Shown: positions 55,726 to 56,423 of the stretch, one piece after another
Layout of the letters: the number at the start of each line of letters is the position of its first letter
Numbering within the stretch: the stretch's first letter is position 1
Origin: a virus
Taxonomy: Duplodnaviria > Caudoviricetes
Length of the DNA stretch: 56,423 nucleotides
Strand: one strand, 5' to 3'
IMG/VR virus record: IMGVR_UViG_3300024344_000016
Location: 1 to 56,423 of that record
Translations under genes and position numbers: made by a program
The notes under the pieces: generated by a model
What the model saw: the letters and a program-made list of their open reading frames with translations, nothing else
Database searches by the model: none
What the model was told of the DNA's origin: nothing

Positions 55726-56423
55726 CTACACAATACCAAGAGAGGTGTTAGTCTGGGATATACTTTTGTCTTTGGTGCACACACCAACAGCCGCTCTAAT
55801 AGCATCGATATTTTCTGGAACTACGTCGCTTTCTTGATGAACAGCTTGCATATACAGTAGCTTGTTGCCCCACACACCTATGGTATCGCTCCATACGCAG
55901 ATCTCTGGCATGTCGCCTCTTGGTCTGCCTATATCTTTGGCGTATTCCATTATTTCGGCTGTTGATCTGATTCCGTCCGAATTATGAACGACCCGAACTC
56001 TAGTCGTGCTTTCAAACAGGGCGACCACATCTTCAACCCGAACCTCTGAGCGTAGGTCTGCCGCAATACTATGCATATGCATAAGGGTGGTGGGGACTGA
56101 CACAGAGGTGGTGAAAATTTCCATGTCTGTCAGGATAGTGCGAACATCTGGGCCGTGGTGAGAGGGAACTACCAAGTGTGGAACCAATGCATTAACGGGT
56201 CCATGATATATGTCCCACGGATCGGCTGCTCTTCTAATCATAGTCGCGTGTACTTTTTCTACTCCGTATGTATCATCCAAAACCGATAAGGTTCTACATA
56301 ACCCTGTCGTGTTACAGCTAACAACCCTAATAAAGTTTTCGTTAAGACAATCGTTATAATTACATTGAGCAACAAAACTCTTGCCCACCTTTGGCTTTTC
56401 TCCCCCTTGGAATATGGCCTTAA
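55726..56423 (-). CDS. gap: Archaeal-type (class II) glyceraldehyde-3-phosphate dehydrogenase, 5'-truncated by the window edge
   Basis: IFQGGEK (frame open to the window end), RVVSCNTTGLCR, RRAADP, PSHHGPDV, TTLMHMH, HQESDVVPENIDAIRA. Confidence 0.9.
   Translation of the reverse strand, partial: KAIFQGGEKPKVGKSFVAQCNYNDCLNENFIRVVSCNTTGLCRTLSVLDDTYGVEKVHATMIRRAADPWDIYHGPVNALVPHLVVPSHHGPDVRTILTDMEIFTTSVSVPTTLMHMHSIAADLRSEVRVEDVVALFESTTRVRVVHNSDGIRSTAEIMEYAKDIGRPRGDMPEICVWSDTIGVWGNKLLYMQAVHQESDVVPENIDAIRAAVGVCTKDKSISQTNTSLGIV

Noticed and set aside
1-56423. Archaeal virus or prophage assignment; specific host call
   Set aside because: Sigma70 promoters and a sigma factor indicate a bacterial host despite the class II GAPDH; no integrase or host-flank genes are visible; the host taxon cannot be determined from this window

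Overview
This window is a ~56 kb segment of a large tailed dsDNA phage of a bacterial host (sigma70-type promoters, Shine-Dalgarno sites), most likely with a long non-contractile tail, since no sheath gene was recognised. (1) 1-3.2 kb is a minus-strand array of at least 13 tiny genes, about half encoding hydrophobic micropeptides, including paralogous pairs. Ten near-consensus sigma70 promoters drive the array. It is punctuated by three copies of a rigid DNA element: two 29-bp 11-7-11 palindromes (consensus CGTAAGTCCTT-N7-AAGGACTTACG) exactly 23 bp apart. (2) 3.4-49 kb is a plus-strand late region: a phage sigma factor, packaging genes (HNH, TerL, portal), head genes, fibre and neck genes, tail tube, a 3779-aa tape measure protein and tail-tip genes. 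A recurring TGTGTAT late-promoter-like motif precedes these modules, and glycan-biosynthesis genes (pyruvyltransferase, gmd, glycosyltransferases) are interspersed. The tape measure protein looks like a polyprotein, with four DTVPAMLTPGEFV motifs and GG-bounded inserts, two of which carry PD-(D/E)xK nuclease-like motifs. (3) 49-56.4 kb is a minus-strand block of glycosyltransferases, recombination/nuclease genes, nucleotide-sugar enzymes and a truncated archaeal-type (class II) GAPDH. No tRNA, rRNA, CRISPR array or integrase was seen. All functional calls come from reading motifs and gene order; no database searches were run.
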